This document shows positions 37,250-49,229 of a stretch of 64,000 bases of DNA, piece after piece. The DNA is from Narcine bancroftii (Eukaryota). The notes below the pieces were generated by a model that was given only the letters and a program-made list of their open reading frames with translations, had not been told where the DNA came from and ran no database searches. Numbering within the stretch: position 1 is the stretch's first letter; the number at the start of each line of letters is the position of its first letter. Location of the stretch: the NCBI RefSeq assembly GCF_036971445.1, contig NC_091469.1, positions 138,570,001 through 138,634,000 on the forward strand, given 5' to 3'. A program made the translations under genes and the position numbers.

Positions 37250-38750
37250 AGACCATAAGATAAAGGAACAGGAGGAAGGCATTTAACATCCTAGGCCGGC
37301 TCCAATAATATGTTGTCCAATGTAACTGTCCTCTGAGCCATTATTTTGCCCGTACTTGATTCCCTTACCGAATTTTTTTTTAAAAGCTATCTCGGCTTTG
37401 AACATATTCAAACACCCAGCATCCACAACTTTCTGGAGCAAAACATTCCAATGACCCACAATTTTTTTTGAGGTAAGAAGTTTTTAATCAGTCTTAAATG
37501 GGTCCCACCCCCACTTTACTCTGAGATTATGTCTTGGGCTTTCCCAAGTGGAGATACATTTACCCTGACAAAGCTGCTAAGATTCATTCATGACCACTTC
37601 CCAGTCTCCTCAACTATGAGTATATAGCCTTTCCTTGTATAATAATCCCTCCTTACGCAGGATCATTCAAGTAAACCCTTTCTAATCTCACTCTAATAAT
37701 AATGTATATTTCCTTAAAATATGGTCCCAAAATTGCAACAGCTCTCCAGATGTAATCTCACTGGTGTCTTGTACAGCTGCCATGATTCTCCTATTTTTTG
37801 TTACATTCTTACTTGAAATAAAAGGCTGTTCAATAGCTTTCTGCACCTCTATGCCCACTCTAATTTTTCATGACTCCATTCAGCAAGGAAGCAGGCCTTT
37901 CAGTCCTCCTGATTTATGCTAACCAATGAGCATCTTTCCATATTAATTGCACGGTATATACTCTTATGCATTAGCAATTTAAGTGTTCATTGAGATGTCA
38001 ATTAAATGCTGTAAGTGATACAGATTCAAATACTCTGACACCTAGTCCATTCCAGGTATATATCATTCCATGCATTAAGAAAGTCCCCTACACATCTCCC
38101 TATTTATATATGATTCATCATTTGTCCTTCCAACATGGACATCTTTTTGCTTTCCCCACATTATGCTCTATTTGCCTCCTTTTGCCCACTTACTTCACCT
38201 ATCAATATTTTCCTGTAAACTATATTCCCTTCACAGCTGTCTCCAAACCCATCTCTTACTTTCATTACACATGAATATATATTCATAGTGCATTCACTTC
38301 CTTCCTCAAAATCACTCATATGTGGTCCCAGTATTGATCCCTGCAGCACCTATTACCAATATGTAAGTGACCACTCCTAAATCTGACTCACTGTTTCCAG
38401 ATAATTAAATGGTCTTCCATCAATTCTAAATATTACCTTCATTACCAAGAGAACTTATTTGTTTGATATATCTGTTGAATGCCTTTTCAAAAAGACGTTG
38501 ATATTATGTCTATTGATTTCCCTTATCAAGAAATCTTCACTCAGAGGGTGGTGAGATTGTGGAACAAACTACTAGCATAAGTAGAGGATACGGGTTCGAT
38601 TTCAAAGCTGAAGAGAAATTTGGATAGGTACATGGCAGGGTATGAAGGGCTATGGTCCAGTTGCAGATTGAAGGAACAAAGCAAAATAACATTTGGCACA
38701 GACAAGATGGGCTGACGTGCCTGTTTCAGTGCTGTAGCATTCTATAATTC
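37250..38750. mobile_element. Old CR1 fragments (minus 37250-38530, plus 38530-38750)
   Basis: QGSILGP remnant, FTQRVVRLWN motif and CR1 3' UTRs. Confidence 0.6.
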
Positions 38751-39114
38751 TAGTACTTGACTCAGTCTCATCACAGGAGTGTTGGGAGAGGCAAATATTG
38801 AATGTCAATAAAATGTGTGCAGACCATTGCAATAACAAGACAGCAATTCTCCAAGATCCCATTTCTCCTGCTTAAATTATGAAAAGCATTAACAATGGTA
38901 CAAATATGAATCAAAGCATATTATTTGGAGATTGTTTGTTTCTGCAATTGACTGAAGCTTTTCATTCCAAAATGTTAAATAATTCAGTTTAAATCCTGTT
39001 TGCATTTAGAAGTATATCCAATTCTTTCATGGTATGAATAATAGCATAAGCACCTAAAAATATCAAAACATTTTCATTTTATTAGACTGAGGCACAATGA
39101 AAACTAGTTCCAAA

Positions 39115-39305
39115 AGAGCGGCATTGTTAACGTAGTTGTTAGCGCAACACTCAGGTACAAATCCGCTGCTGTCTGAAAGGTTCTCCCCATGTCTGCATGG
39201 GTTTCTTCCCACCCTTTAAAATGTATGGGGTGTTGTAGGTTAATTGGGTGGCTTGGTCTCATAGGCTGGAAAATCATATTTCCAAGATGTACGTCTAAAA
39301 AAATT
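39115..39305 (+). mobile_element. V-SINE, internally deleted
   Basis: Head, partial V-domain and 3' end are present. Confidence 0.75.
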
Positions 39306-39864
39306 TGAAAATGGAATAGGGTAACCATCTGCTACCAAATCAAAGGTTATTGTCCTGAAATTGAATCCACTTTGTTATCAGGATATGTAGCAAACCATTG
39401 AGTAAGCCTGATATTGGGGGAAAAAAAACTGTTATGAAATGTGGGCTCAACTTTGACATTTAAGGAAAATGTTGGATAGCTACATGGATAAGAGGGGTGT
39501 GGAAGGATATGGCCCGAGTGCAAATCATTGAGACTAGCTGTGGGGGGAGAAGGGAGGAATTGTTAGATGTTTCAGGTCAAAACCAAGTACCCCATGTTTT
39601 CGCTCCAAATTCCAGCCTCTTGTGTCTCCATAATATTTGAGACACTTAATGCAAGGCACAAGAAACATGCAGATTGCTCCAGAAAAATAATCAGAATTGC
39701 ATTCATTGATATCAAGGAATAGCATCAGCCATGAAACAGACAATTTCCCCTCAATGATCCAGCTACAATGTCACCCTTCTTGTTCCTAACTTGAAAGTGT
39801 CTCAGTGACTTCTCACATTAATGAAGGGAGATATGAAAGATGGAAATAGAAAGAAATGGGCTCC

Positions 39865-40515
39865 CATTGTGACCTCCTCTACATCAAAAAGACTGGACAT
39901 AGAGTGGGAGATCACTTCATTGAGCATCTTTGTTCTGTCTTTTGCAATAGCTGGGACCTCCCAGTGGCCAACCATTTCTACACATATCCCTCATGCCAAC
40001 TCATCTGTCCATGGCCTCATGGTCTGCCAACCGAGGCCACCAACAAATTGAAGGAAGAACACCTAATATCTTGACTGGGCACTAACCAACCAGATGGCCT
40101 TAAGCGATTTCTCCATTGTCTGTAAGGCACCTCTCCTCTGTCTATCACTTTCCCTATCCCAATGTCTCCTTTCCTCTATCTTTCCTCCCCCTTCCCTCTC
40201 CATTCAGAGAGCTATCCCTGCCTCTGAACACTTCCTAGCTTTTTATTTTCTCTCTTCAGCCCTCCAATCCTTATCTACCTATGACCTCTTGCCTGTGTGC
40301 TTTTACTCCTCCACCTGCCCCTAACCCCCCCCCCCACCATTTTATTCAGGCCTGCCTGCATTTTCTTTATACCTCGACAAAAGACTTGGATCGAAACATT
40401 GGTTTCCTTATATTTGCTGCATAAAGGGAGCTATGTGACCTGCTGAGTTTCTCCAGTACTTTTGCGTATTGCACCACAATTAGTTGCATCTGCAGATTTT
40501 CTTGTTTAACTTCAA
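39865..40515 (+). mobile_element. Penelope-like GIY-YIG fragment and terminal repeat
   Basis: LLYIKKTGHRVGDHFIEHL, DLPVANHF and KLKEEHLI motifs; pyrimidine-rich 3' region; tgacctgctgagtttctccag terminal sequence. Confidence 0.8.
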
Positions 40516-40645
40516 GAGAAAAATGAGATTGTGTTGTCCCTTTGAGTCTCTCCTACATTCAAAATGATTATGGCTGATCATTATAAATCTCAATTCCAAA
40601 TCTCTGCTTCTTTCTCACACCCCTCAGTACTTTCTGAAATATGTC

Positions 40646-41372
40646 ATAACATAACATAACATAACAATTACAGCACGGAAACAGGCCATTAGGCCCTTCT
40701 AGTCCGCACCGAACCAAGCACCCCTTTCTAGTCCCACCTCCCTGCACAATGCCCATAACCCTCCATCTTCTTCTCATCCATAGACCTGTCCAACCTTTTC
40801 TTAAATAATACAATTGACTCCGCCGCCACTATTTCTCCCGGAAGATGATTCCACACAGCTACCACTCTCTGAGTAAAGAAGTTCCCCCTCATGTTACCTC
40901 TAAACCTCTGCCCCTTAATTCTTAACTCATGTCTTCTTGTTTTAATCTTTCCTCCTCTTAACGGAAATAGTCTATCCACATCCATTCTGTCTATCCCTTT
41001 CATAATCTTAAATACTTCTATCAAATCCCCGCTCAACCTTCTATGCTCCAAAGAATAAAGACCCAATCTGTCCAATCTCTCCCCATACTCCAGATGCTTA
41101 AACCCAGGCAACATTCTGGTAAACCTTCTCTGCACTCTCTCCACTCTGTTTATATCCTTCCTATAATTAGGCGGCCAGAACTGCACACAGAACTCCAAAT
41201 TAGGCCGCACCAACGTCTTATACAATCTCAACATCACCTCCCAACTCCTATATTCCATGCAATGATTGATAAAGGCCAGCATACTAAAAGCCTTCTTCAC
41301 CACCCTATTCACGTGCGTTTCTACCTTCAGGGAACGATGTACTGTTACTCCTAAATCTTTCTGCTCTTCTGT
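40646..41372 (-). mobile_element. Young 5'-truncated CR1
   Basis: Uninterrupted 194-aa ORF2 C-terminus and (GTTAT)n tail. Confidence 0.93.
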
Positions 41373-41454
41373 CCATGTTCTTCTTAAATATGTTCAGTTA
41401 CTTATATTCTACAATTCTCTGTGGTAACAAATTCCACAAATTCACCACTTTTAA

Positions 41455-41812
41455 AAATCTGTTTGAAAGCTGGGCATAGAAGGGTGATCCACTAATTTAT
41501 CAAAATGTAACAATAAGAGTATACATATACATTAATCACCCAATAATAGCATCTAAAATTTGGAAGTAATAACCCCCTTTCCTTTTAGTCTTTTAATGAT
41601 GGGCTTTATTTATATGTGGTTATTTTCCCTGCTATATGTGTAAAGAAATAATTGAATCTAATTAATTAAAAAGGATTTAGGAATGAAAATTGGAAAAGAT
41701 TGAGAAAGGTACAAAAATGTAGGTAAAATGGTCATTTTAATTGAATTGATATGTCCAATCAATGTAATAAAGGTGATCTTTCCAATAATTATACGTTAAT
41801 TTGGTTAAGTCA
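41455..41812 (-). mobile_element. L1/Tx1 ORF2 post-RT fragment, inverted
   Basis: Reverse complement reads LIG.INSIKMTILP.FLYL.QS.PIFIPKSF...LLPNFRCYYW. Confidence 0.75.
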
Positions 41813-42388
41813 CTGAGGAGGACTTTGCCGTCTGAGCTGCGCAGCGGACTTTGGACTTGGGGTGAGAGGCCGTACACAGCCTTTAGAGCCTCGTAAAAAC
41901 CCCTGAAGTAGCCAATGTCCGCGCTGAGCTGGGTTCGTTTGGCGAGGCTAGTCCACCACTCATTTTGGATCTCTCAGAGTTTGTGCTGAAGATGGCTGCA
42001 TGCGCGACGGAAGGCTCGTTTCTTCTCTGGGCAGGATGGCTTTGTAAGGTGAGCCTGATGGGGAGCTCGCTTCTTTGCCAGCAGCTCCTGGATTTCCTGG
42101 CTGTTTTCGTTGAACCAGAACTTGTTTTTTCCTGGAGGAGAAGCCCAGTACCTCTTCAGTGGATTGCAGTATGGTAGTCTTCAGCTGATCCCAGAGGGTT
42201 TCAGGGGAAGAGTCCATGAGGCGGATTGCATCCTCGAGCTTTGCTTTGAGGTTTGCCTGGAAGTTTCCTCTCACTTCGTCTGACTGCAGGTTTCCAACAT
42301 TGAACCTCTTTCTGGGGGCTTTACTGTTCCTGGGCTTTGGCTTGAAGTGAAGGTTGAGCTTGCAATGAACCAGCCGGTGGTCAGTGAT
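41813..42388 (-). mobile_element. RTE-clade LINE internal fragment (EN-RT linker)
   Basis: TDHRLV.CKL and LWDQLKTTILQSTEEVLGFSSRK...FNENSQEIQELL; GC- and CpG-rich, little decayed. Confidence 0.8.
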
Positions 42389-42389
42389 A

Positions 42390-43075
42390 CCAATTTTTAT
42401 TTTCTAAAAATTCATCTATGTTGGCAATTTTAAGTTCCTTTTTATCCTTTTCCTTTTCTAAATTTACATATAACCTGTTAATGAGAAATAGGTTGAGAAT
42501 ATGGGCTCAATTTCAACATGTTTTGGTTACAATAGTTTCTCTCTTGCTAGTCCCATTATAGATCACCATTTTTTTCTCCCGTCTGTGTTAGATGGAGGTT
42601 TAAAGGAATGGCATACATTATGTATCAAAAATAATAACAAAAAAATTTATTCAAGGAAATTTTGCTGAACAATTGACAGTAAAATTTAATCTTCATATTA
42701 GACTTTTCTTTAGATATTTACAAGTTAGGCATTTTGATCAATCCAAACATTCTGATTTTCCTCGAATCTCTGATGCAAATATTCTTGATTTACTTTTTGA
42801 CACAATTCGTTCATGGTGGATTAATATCATGTATTTATAATGACCGACTGGATTTAAGATCAGCCTCAATAGCTGAGATTAAGAATGATTGGGAATTTGA
42901 TTTGAATATAATATTTTCAGATGAAGATTGGTACTCCACTCTTAGTTTAATTAAAGATTCCTCATTTTGTGCAAAGCATTGTTTATTACAATTTAAGATG
43001 GAGCATGGAATACATATGCCCAAATTAAATTATCTCATTTTTTATGCAGATTTTGATCCACTATGTGTGACCTGA
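42390..43075 (+). mobile_element. L1/Tx1 ORF2 C-terminal fragment
   Basis: FFRYLQVRHF, IKNDWEFDL...DEDW and LLQFK..H motifs. Confidence 0.75.
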
Positions 43076-43307
43076 GAATTAATTCCCCATTTGCCTACAT
43101 TTGGCCCATATCCTGTGAAATTCTTCCTATTTACTAAATGAACTATGTTTAAATGTCTTTGAACATTATAATTGTCCCTGTTTCGACCTCTTTCTGTGGC
43201 AGTTCATTCCAATATACCTAACATCTGCGCGTGATCAAGTTGCCCCTCAAGTACCTTTAAAATCTTTTCCCTCCAATCTTACAATTGTGGCTTTGTATTT
43301 TAGAGTC

Positions 43308-43524
43308 TGTGGCATGATCAATGACCACCTGCAGACAGACATGAAGCAAGAAGTCAAAGGCTTTATTAATCAGAAAACCTTGGCATGTCTCTACAAGCTG
43401 CTGGCTCACACCCAAGCCAGGTATGGGGGAGGAGGCCTTTATTAGGGAGGAGATACAGGTACAGAAGGTGGGCCAGCCTGCCCAGCCTAGCGAGGTCATG
43501 CCTGCAGTACCACCTTCCACCACA
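43308..43524 (-). mobile_element. Solo LTR, 217 bp
   Basis: TGTGG...CCACA ends, flanks gagtc/gagcc, AATAAA on the minus strand; sits inside a CR1 3' fragment. Confidence 0.78.
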
Positions 43525-43547
43525 GAGCCCCCTATCTCAGGAAATGC

Positions 43548-43882
43548 ACCAGAGATGTGGTTTCTCAGAAGAATGCTAGGCATGTCATAATATAGTCAGG
43601 ATAACAAATGAAGAAGTTCTACAAAGAATGAAAACAAAGTGTACATTACTTAAAAGAATCAGAAAACAGCAATTAAAATTCTTTGGACACATCATGCAAA
43701 GAAATATATTGGAACAAATGGAAAGTTGGAAGGAAAAAGAAGCAGAGGTAGAGAGAGGATGAAAATGATTGACAAATTAACATCATGGTTAGAGACAGAG
43801 GAGGCAACAACTACATTTTGGAGGATCAGAGATCATGATGGATGGAGACACATGCCCAATGGCAAGGCACCTGATGATGATG
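43548..43882 (+). mobile_element. RTE-clade LINE 3' end (second family)
   Basis: EMWFLRRML, TNEEVL, QLKFFGHI and EGKRSRGR motifs; (TGA)n tail. Confidence 0.8.
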
Positions 43883-44154
43883 TCCCCAGGGAAAAGACTA
43901 TAACTTTTTAATCACATCCATGCCCTTCATAATTGTATAAACATTTTAGAGATGTTCCTTTAGCCTCATACACTCTCCAGAGAAAAGTACCAACCTATTC
44001 AAACCCTCTGTTCCTGGTGACATTCTTGTGAATCTTTTCTCCACCTTTTCCAGCTGAATTATATCTTTCCTGAGATAGTAAATTTGTAATTTCCCCTTTG
44101 GAAGATCTGTGGCATCCTCGGGATTTTCACAGTTGATTTGGACTGAAAAATTTA

Positions 44155-44400
44155 ATATTTAAATTTACATTGTAAATTTAGTAACTGGTCCTTCCAGCCG
44201 ATGAGCCCGTGTCCCCAAAAATACACCAATTAATTGACGACCCAAATGTGTTTTGAATGGTGGGACAAAACTGGATAACCCGGAGGAAACACACACAGAC
44301 ACGAAAGAGCATGCAAAGTCCATAGAGATGGTGCTGGATTCAAAACAAGGTCTCTACTGCTACAAGAATGTTGTGGTAACCACTACACTAATGGTGCCAT
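44155..44400 (-). mobile_element. V-SINE
   Basis: V-domain in reverse complement, tttaaattt tail. Confidence 0.7.
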
Positions 44401-44656
44401 CATGGAATCTTTCTATTCTAAACAAATGGTGACTGCCTTTAATCGTTACTGCACAAATTAGTCAATCCATGAGTGAAGACCAATGGGCTATTGACATGAG
44501 GGTCTGTTTCGTTCCTTTATTTGATTAAAGGCTTCTTTGATTGAACAGTCTTCAATGCCAAGTTGACTTCTCAATCCTCACAAATCTTCAAATCACCTTT
44601 TGGAATTTGGGGATAGGAGGCAGTATTTTGAAATTTGCTTGATTTAATTATTTTGC

Positions 44657-44885
44657 ATGGTGGCGGGACGGTTTGCAATGCTGTATTAGCGTCAGTGACC
44701 AGGGTTCAAATCCGCCGTTGTCTGTGAGTAGTTTGCATGCTCCCCCCCCCCCATGTCTGCATGAGGTTTTCCCCAGGTGGTCCAGTTTCTTCCCACTGTT
44801 CAAAATATACCAGGGTTGTAGGTCATTTGGATGTAATTGCTCTCATGGGTCAAAAAGGGCTTTCACTTGTCTAAATTTTAAAAAA
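44657..44885 (+). mobile_element. V-SINE
   Basis: GGTTCAAATCC B-box and V-domain. Confidence 0.8.
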
Positions 44886-46705
44886 ATCAAAAACACTTTG
44901 ATCATTTTTATTTATTTAAAGTGTCAAAAAATAACCCTCTGGGTGAGGTTTTGTGATCCATCTAATTAGTGTTAATTACTTTGGTCAAGTCAGGAATTAG
45001 TCATAAAAATTTAAATGAACTACAAGGATATAAAATTAATCAGGTTTCTGAAAATAGCACAAAGAAGAGTTATGAATTACAAAGTGATATTGTCACAGTA
45101 TAGCTTTTTTCACTCCTTGATTTGAAGGCAGTCAGGAGAACTTTGAAGGCTACAATCAAATATTTTAGCTGTTTTTGAGAATGGCACCAGTTAATCAGTA
45201 ATTTTATTGGAATTCAATTTCACTTAATTTACTGTAAAAGGATCCACTTGCTATTGGGTTATTGCAGTGAAATGCAATTATCTGTAGGCCAGAAAACAGA
45301 GGAGACAGCATAATCGGTGGCAAAAAAAAGGTCACAAATTCTGTAGGTTGTTGGAGGGAGTTTGTTCACACTTGATCAAGCTCAATGTGCTGAACAGGAG
45401 ACAGAAACCTCATCACCAATCCCCAAAATAACCTAGCTCATATCAATGATCCAGGGAAAAAAAAGCTTTCATTTGAAGTAAAGAAATACAACAGCTCAGT
45501 ATTTTTTTTTTGCAGTCCATTTAAGAACCTGACAAATTTTCTTACAAAAATTTTGAAACTGAAAGCACTCATATTTTAGATGACGTTCAGCCTTCTATGC
45601 TCCAGGAAATAAGTCCCAATCTGTTTAACCTTTCCCTGTAACTCAGTTCCTCAAGTCCCAGCAACATCCTTGTGAATCTTTTCTGGCTCTTTCAATTTAA
45701 AAAAGATCTTTTCTAGCTAAATGACCCAAACTACACATAATACTCCAAATTTGCCCTCACCAATGTCTTGTACAACGTCACCATATCACCCCAACTCCTA
45801 TTCTCAACATTTTGATTTACAATGGCCACCTGCGATACCACTTTCAGGGAATTATATATGTGTATTCCCAGATCCCTCTGTTTTACTGCACTCCTCAGTG
45901 CCCTAAAGTTTGCCAGATGTGTCTGTCACACATCAGGTTTGTCTGCATTAAACTCTATTTGCCATTTTTCAGCCCATTTTTCCAGTTGATGTACAAAGTT
46001 CATTCCATATGGGTATGTTCAAATTGAAAAGAGGCTGCTGCCTCATTCATTATAGCTTGAGGCTAACTCGATTGCACTGAAAAATACACCTGGAGATTTG
46101 TAGGTTATGATGCTACACTGCTTGTGAAGTTGCTGGTGTTGACATCAGTTTGCATTATTATATCTGAGTGCCCATCCAATCTGTAATTGATGCTTTGCGT
46201 ACAGCTATTCGAATTGGCAACTAAATCTCTCCACTGTTGCCATTTCTGTACTGATCTGCTTGCTTTACCCTTCTGTCACTCTTTCTCTGATAATCCATAC
46301 CTGATGTGCATTGTAAAGTGTCAGGTGATATGGTGGCAGAATGGCTACGTTATGGGACTGCCAATCTAAAAGCTCAGGACTAATAAACTGTGATATGAGT
46401 TTAATTCCTGCCATGCCAGCTTGGGAATTTAAATTCAGTTAATTAAGTCAATCTGGAAATTAAAAAAAAGAGACTGGCTGTAGCAAGGGTGATGAGCAAA
46501 TTCTCGTTTGCTGTTAGCATCCAACTGGTTTACCTCTAAGGAAGGAATTACTCTGTTTCACCTAAATTAAGAATTTTAATGGCTTTGAAGGAGGCTAATT
46601 GACTTATCATGGTTGTGGATCAGGAGGTAAAAGACCAAGTTGGTAGAACTGCCACCTCACAGCTGCAGTGCCCTGGGTTTGATCCTGACCTCTGATGCTC
46701 TCTGT

Positions 46706-47089
46706 AGGCACTTTCAGGTGGCCAATTGCCCCGCGTGTAAAGCCGCATGTTTAGGCAATATGCGGCTGTTTTGAGGCCACCTGAATGTGCAGGAGGCGCT
46801 CTTGAGGTGAGCTACGTAGCCCTCCTCCAAGAGGGATGATCAGCTCAGCTCAGAAGCTCCCCCAGCCACCCGAATGCACCTGGCTGAAAGCGGACGTTAA
46901 AAGGTCAGGCTGCTGATCACAGCTGACACTGGGCAGGAGCTGGAGTGTGCTCGGAGCCGCATCCTGTGCATCTCTGTCCTTCAGGTGGCTAGCGTTGCAC
47001 TTTAAACACTGTCACCTGAATGGCAATTTAAAGGGGCACTTCTACTTCTTCAGGCGCATTCTTAGTGTAGAATGCACGTGAAAAAGCCT
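46706..47089 (+). mobile_element. PIF/Harbinger-like MITE inserted in an old V-SINE
   Basis: Termini AGGCACTTTCAGGTG and CACGTGAAAAAGCCT; flanks tgt/tga; the host SINE is contiguous across it. Confidence 0.65.
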
Positions 47090-47398
47090 TGAGTGAAGTT
47101 TATACATTCTCATTGTGTGTTTCCTCCATGTGCTTCAATTTCCTCCCTTATCTCAAAGATGTGCTGATTGTCACTTTCTGATGTGTTGATTAGCCACTTT
47201 AAACTGTCTATTCTGTGGGAAAACCTGGGGAATATTGATCCAATTATAGGAGAATAAGGTGGAAAAGAGGGTAAAATTGGTTTAAATGGACTTGAACTTG
47301 GTGAGCCTTTTAATTTTGTAAAATAAATGACCTGAAAAGCCAATTGGTCACATCAAAAGCTCATTGAAATTTTTGACACCATTTAAGAAGATGAATTT

Positions 47399-48161
47399 AG
47401 GCTTCTTCAGGTGCATTCTCCACCAAGAATGTGCCTGCAGAAGTGGATTCAGACCTGTGGAATGGTCATTCAGGTGGTAGTGATGAAAGCACAGTGCTGG
47501 CCATCTGAAAGGGACAGTGCACTCCGGCTCCTGTCCCTTCGGGCTGTCATGGATGAGATGGCTGGCTGTCAGAGCTGGGACAGCCCGCGTGGGCTGTCAG
47601 CACGGGGATGTCCTATGTGGGATGTCCCCATACTGATCCCGCTGCCCCGCTCTCTCCCCAACTGGGGACTGATATAGGGCTGTGGGGAGAGAGCAGGGCA
47701 GCGGGATCTGTGTAGGGACTTTGCGCGCCGGCCACCCCACTGATATAGGGCTGCAGGGAGAGAGCGGGATCAGTGTGGGGACTGACAGCCCGCGCCTGCC
47801 GCTCCACAGTGTTGGGACTGATACAGGCCTGTGGGGAGAGAGCGGGGAAGTGGGACTAGTACGGGGACAGCCCGCACCGGCTGCCCCTGCCCTGACGTCC
47901 TGCGCCGGGGGGCAGGGGCAGCTGGGAGGGGGGCTGTCAGGTGCTCGCCAGCTGATTGTCATCCCCTTAGCAGCCACTTTCAGGCATCTGCATTCAGGTG
48001 CCAGGGGGGACCTCAGTGCTCCGGCAATTATCCTTCCCGGAGGAGGGTTACAAAGTTTGCCTTGCATGCACCTCCTGTGCTTTCAAGTTGCCTCCCGACA
48101 GCTGCATACGGGCAAAATATGTGTCTTTACATCAGGGGATTTTGGCCACCTGAAAGTGCCT
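47399..48161 (-). mobile_element. Related Harbinger-like MITE, longer, GC-rich, with internal tandem repeats
   Basis: Termini AGGCTTCTTCAGGTG and CACCTGAAAGTGCCT; TTT on both flanks; repeated gggactgata.aggg.tgtggggagagagc units at 47665-47860. Confidence 0.7.
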
Positions 48162-48229
48162 TTTAACAGCTCTGGATGGGCAACAAACATTGGCCTTGCC
48201 ACTGAAATTCTTCTGAATGAAAATTACAA

Positions 48230-48838
48230 ATATTTCCGGACAATTAAGATTTTGCTTCCTAAAAACATTTGGGTGTATTTTATGGATCTTCGGCTCTTGA
48301 TCATGAAAATCACTGTAAATTTTTCCAATTTTTTTAGATATAACCTAATTTTGTGATTTCCTGTCATATTTTAAGTCCACTTCAAGCATACAAAACCATG
48401 AAGTGCAATATGTCATTGAAAATTAATTTTCTGCATCACCCTTGGACTTCTCCCTGTTGATCTTGGTGCATTCGGTCACAAATATGCTGAAAGGTTTCAC
48501 CGGGATATTGTGACCTTGGAAAAGTGGTATCAGGGCAAGTGGAATCCATCAATGCTGGTCGACTATTGTTGGACATTGACATGAGAGGCATCAGATGCTG
48601 AGTACAAACAAAACTCAGCGGAAAAACATTTTTATATCAGTTGAACTAATGCAACATGACAGCATCATTGTGCAATTAAGCAAGTTTAATTCAGTAAAAG
48701 TTATTTTAATATTTCTCCAACTTCCCATGTGATACAGCAAATCTGAAATTACCTTTGTGTCCATCTTGAAGTTGTCTATCATAATCCCCAAATTTTCATC
48801 AGAAAGCAAACCTTTTTAAAAGAAATTATTGTCCAATG
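48230..48838 (+). mobile_element. Non-autonomous DNA transposon with transposase C-terminus, Chapaev3-like (CMC superfamily)
   Basis: 48389-48620 decodes CNMSLKINFLH..LDF.P.DLGA....AERFHRDIVTLEKWYQGKWNPSMLVDYCWTL; the 3' end is TTGTCCAATG. The family name is from memory of this motif. Confidence 0.65.
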
Positions 48839-49229
48839 TATTCACTCTATAGTGTTTAATACATTATTATAAATAAATTGAATTTCACTTAAAAGAGAAT
48901 AAATCCGACAGCTATAATCATGGTAATATTACAAGCCATGAGCTACAATTGTATCATTGCTGTCTGTGGTACCATGTTTGTTAAACCACTAGAGGGCTTA
49001 CATTCCTTCCCTATAATTTGATCTGGTTGGCACTGTGAGATCAATATTCATTTGAAGTTTTTCACAGTGCCATTCTTCACAGCAAAAGCCACCAAAGTTA
49101 AAAGAATGCTCGTATTCTGTGACAAATTAATCTCCATCACTCTAATATCTGCTGATTTCCTGTCACTTTTGCAGCACTACTGCTTGTGGGTACTCTCACA
49201 GCACACAACAGCTTAACACCTCCCCAAAG

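Noticed and set aside
47597-48356. 224-aa and 156-aa ORFs
   Set aside because: They lie in a GC-rich MITE tandem array, cross its boundary and have no recognisable domain.
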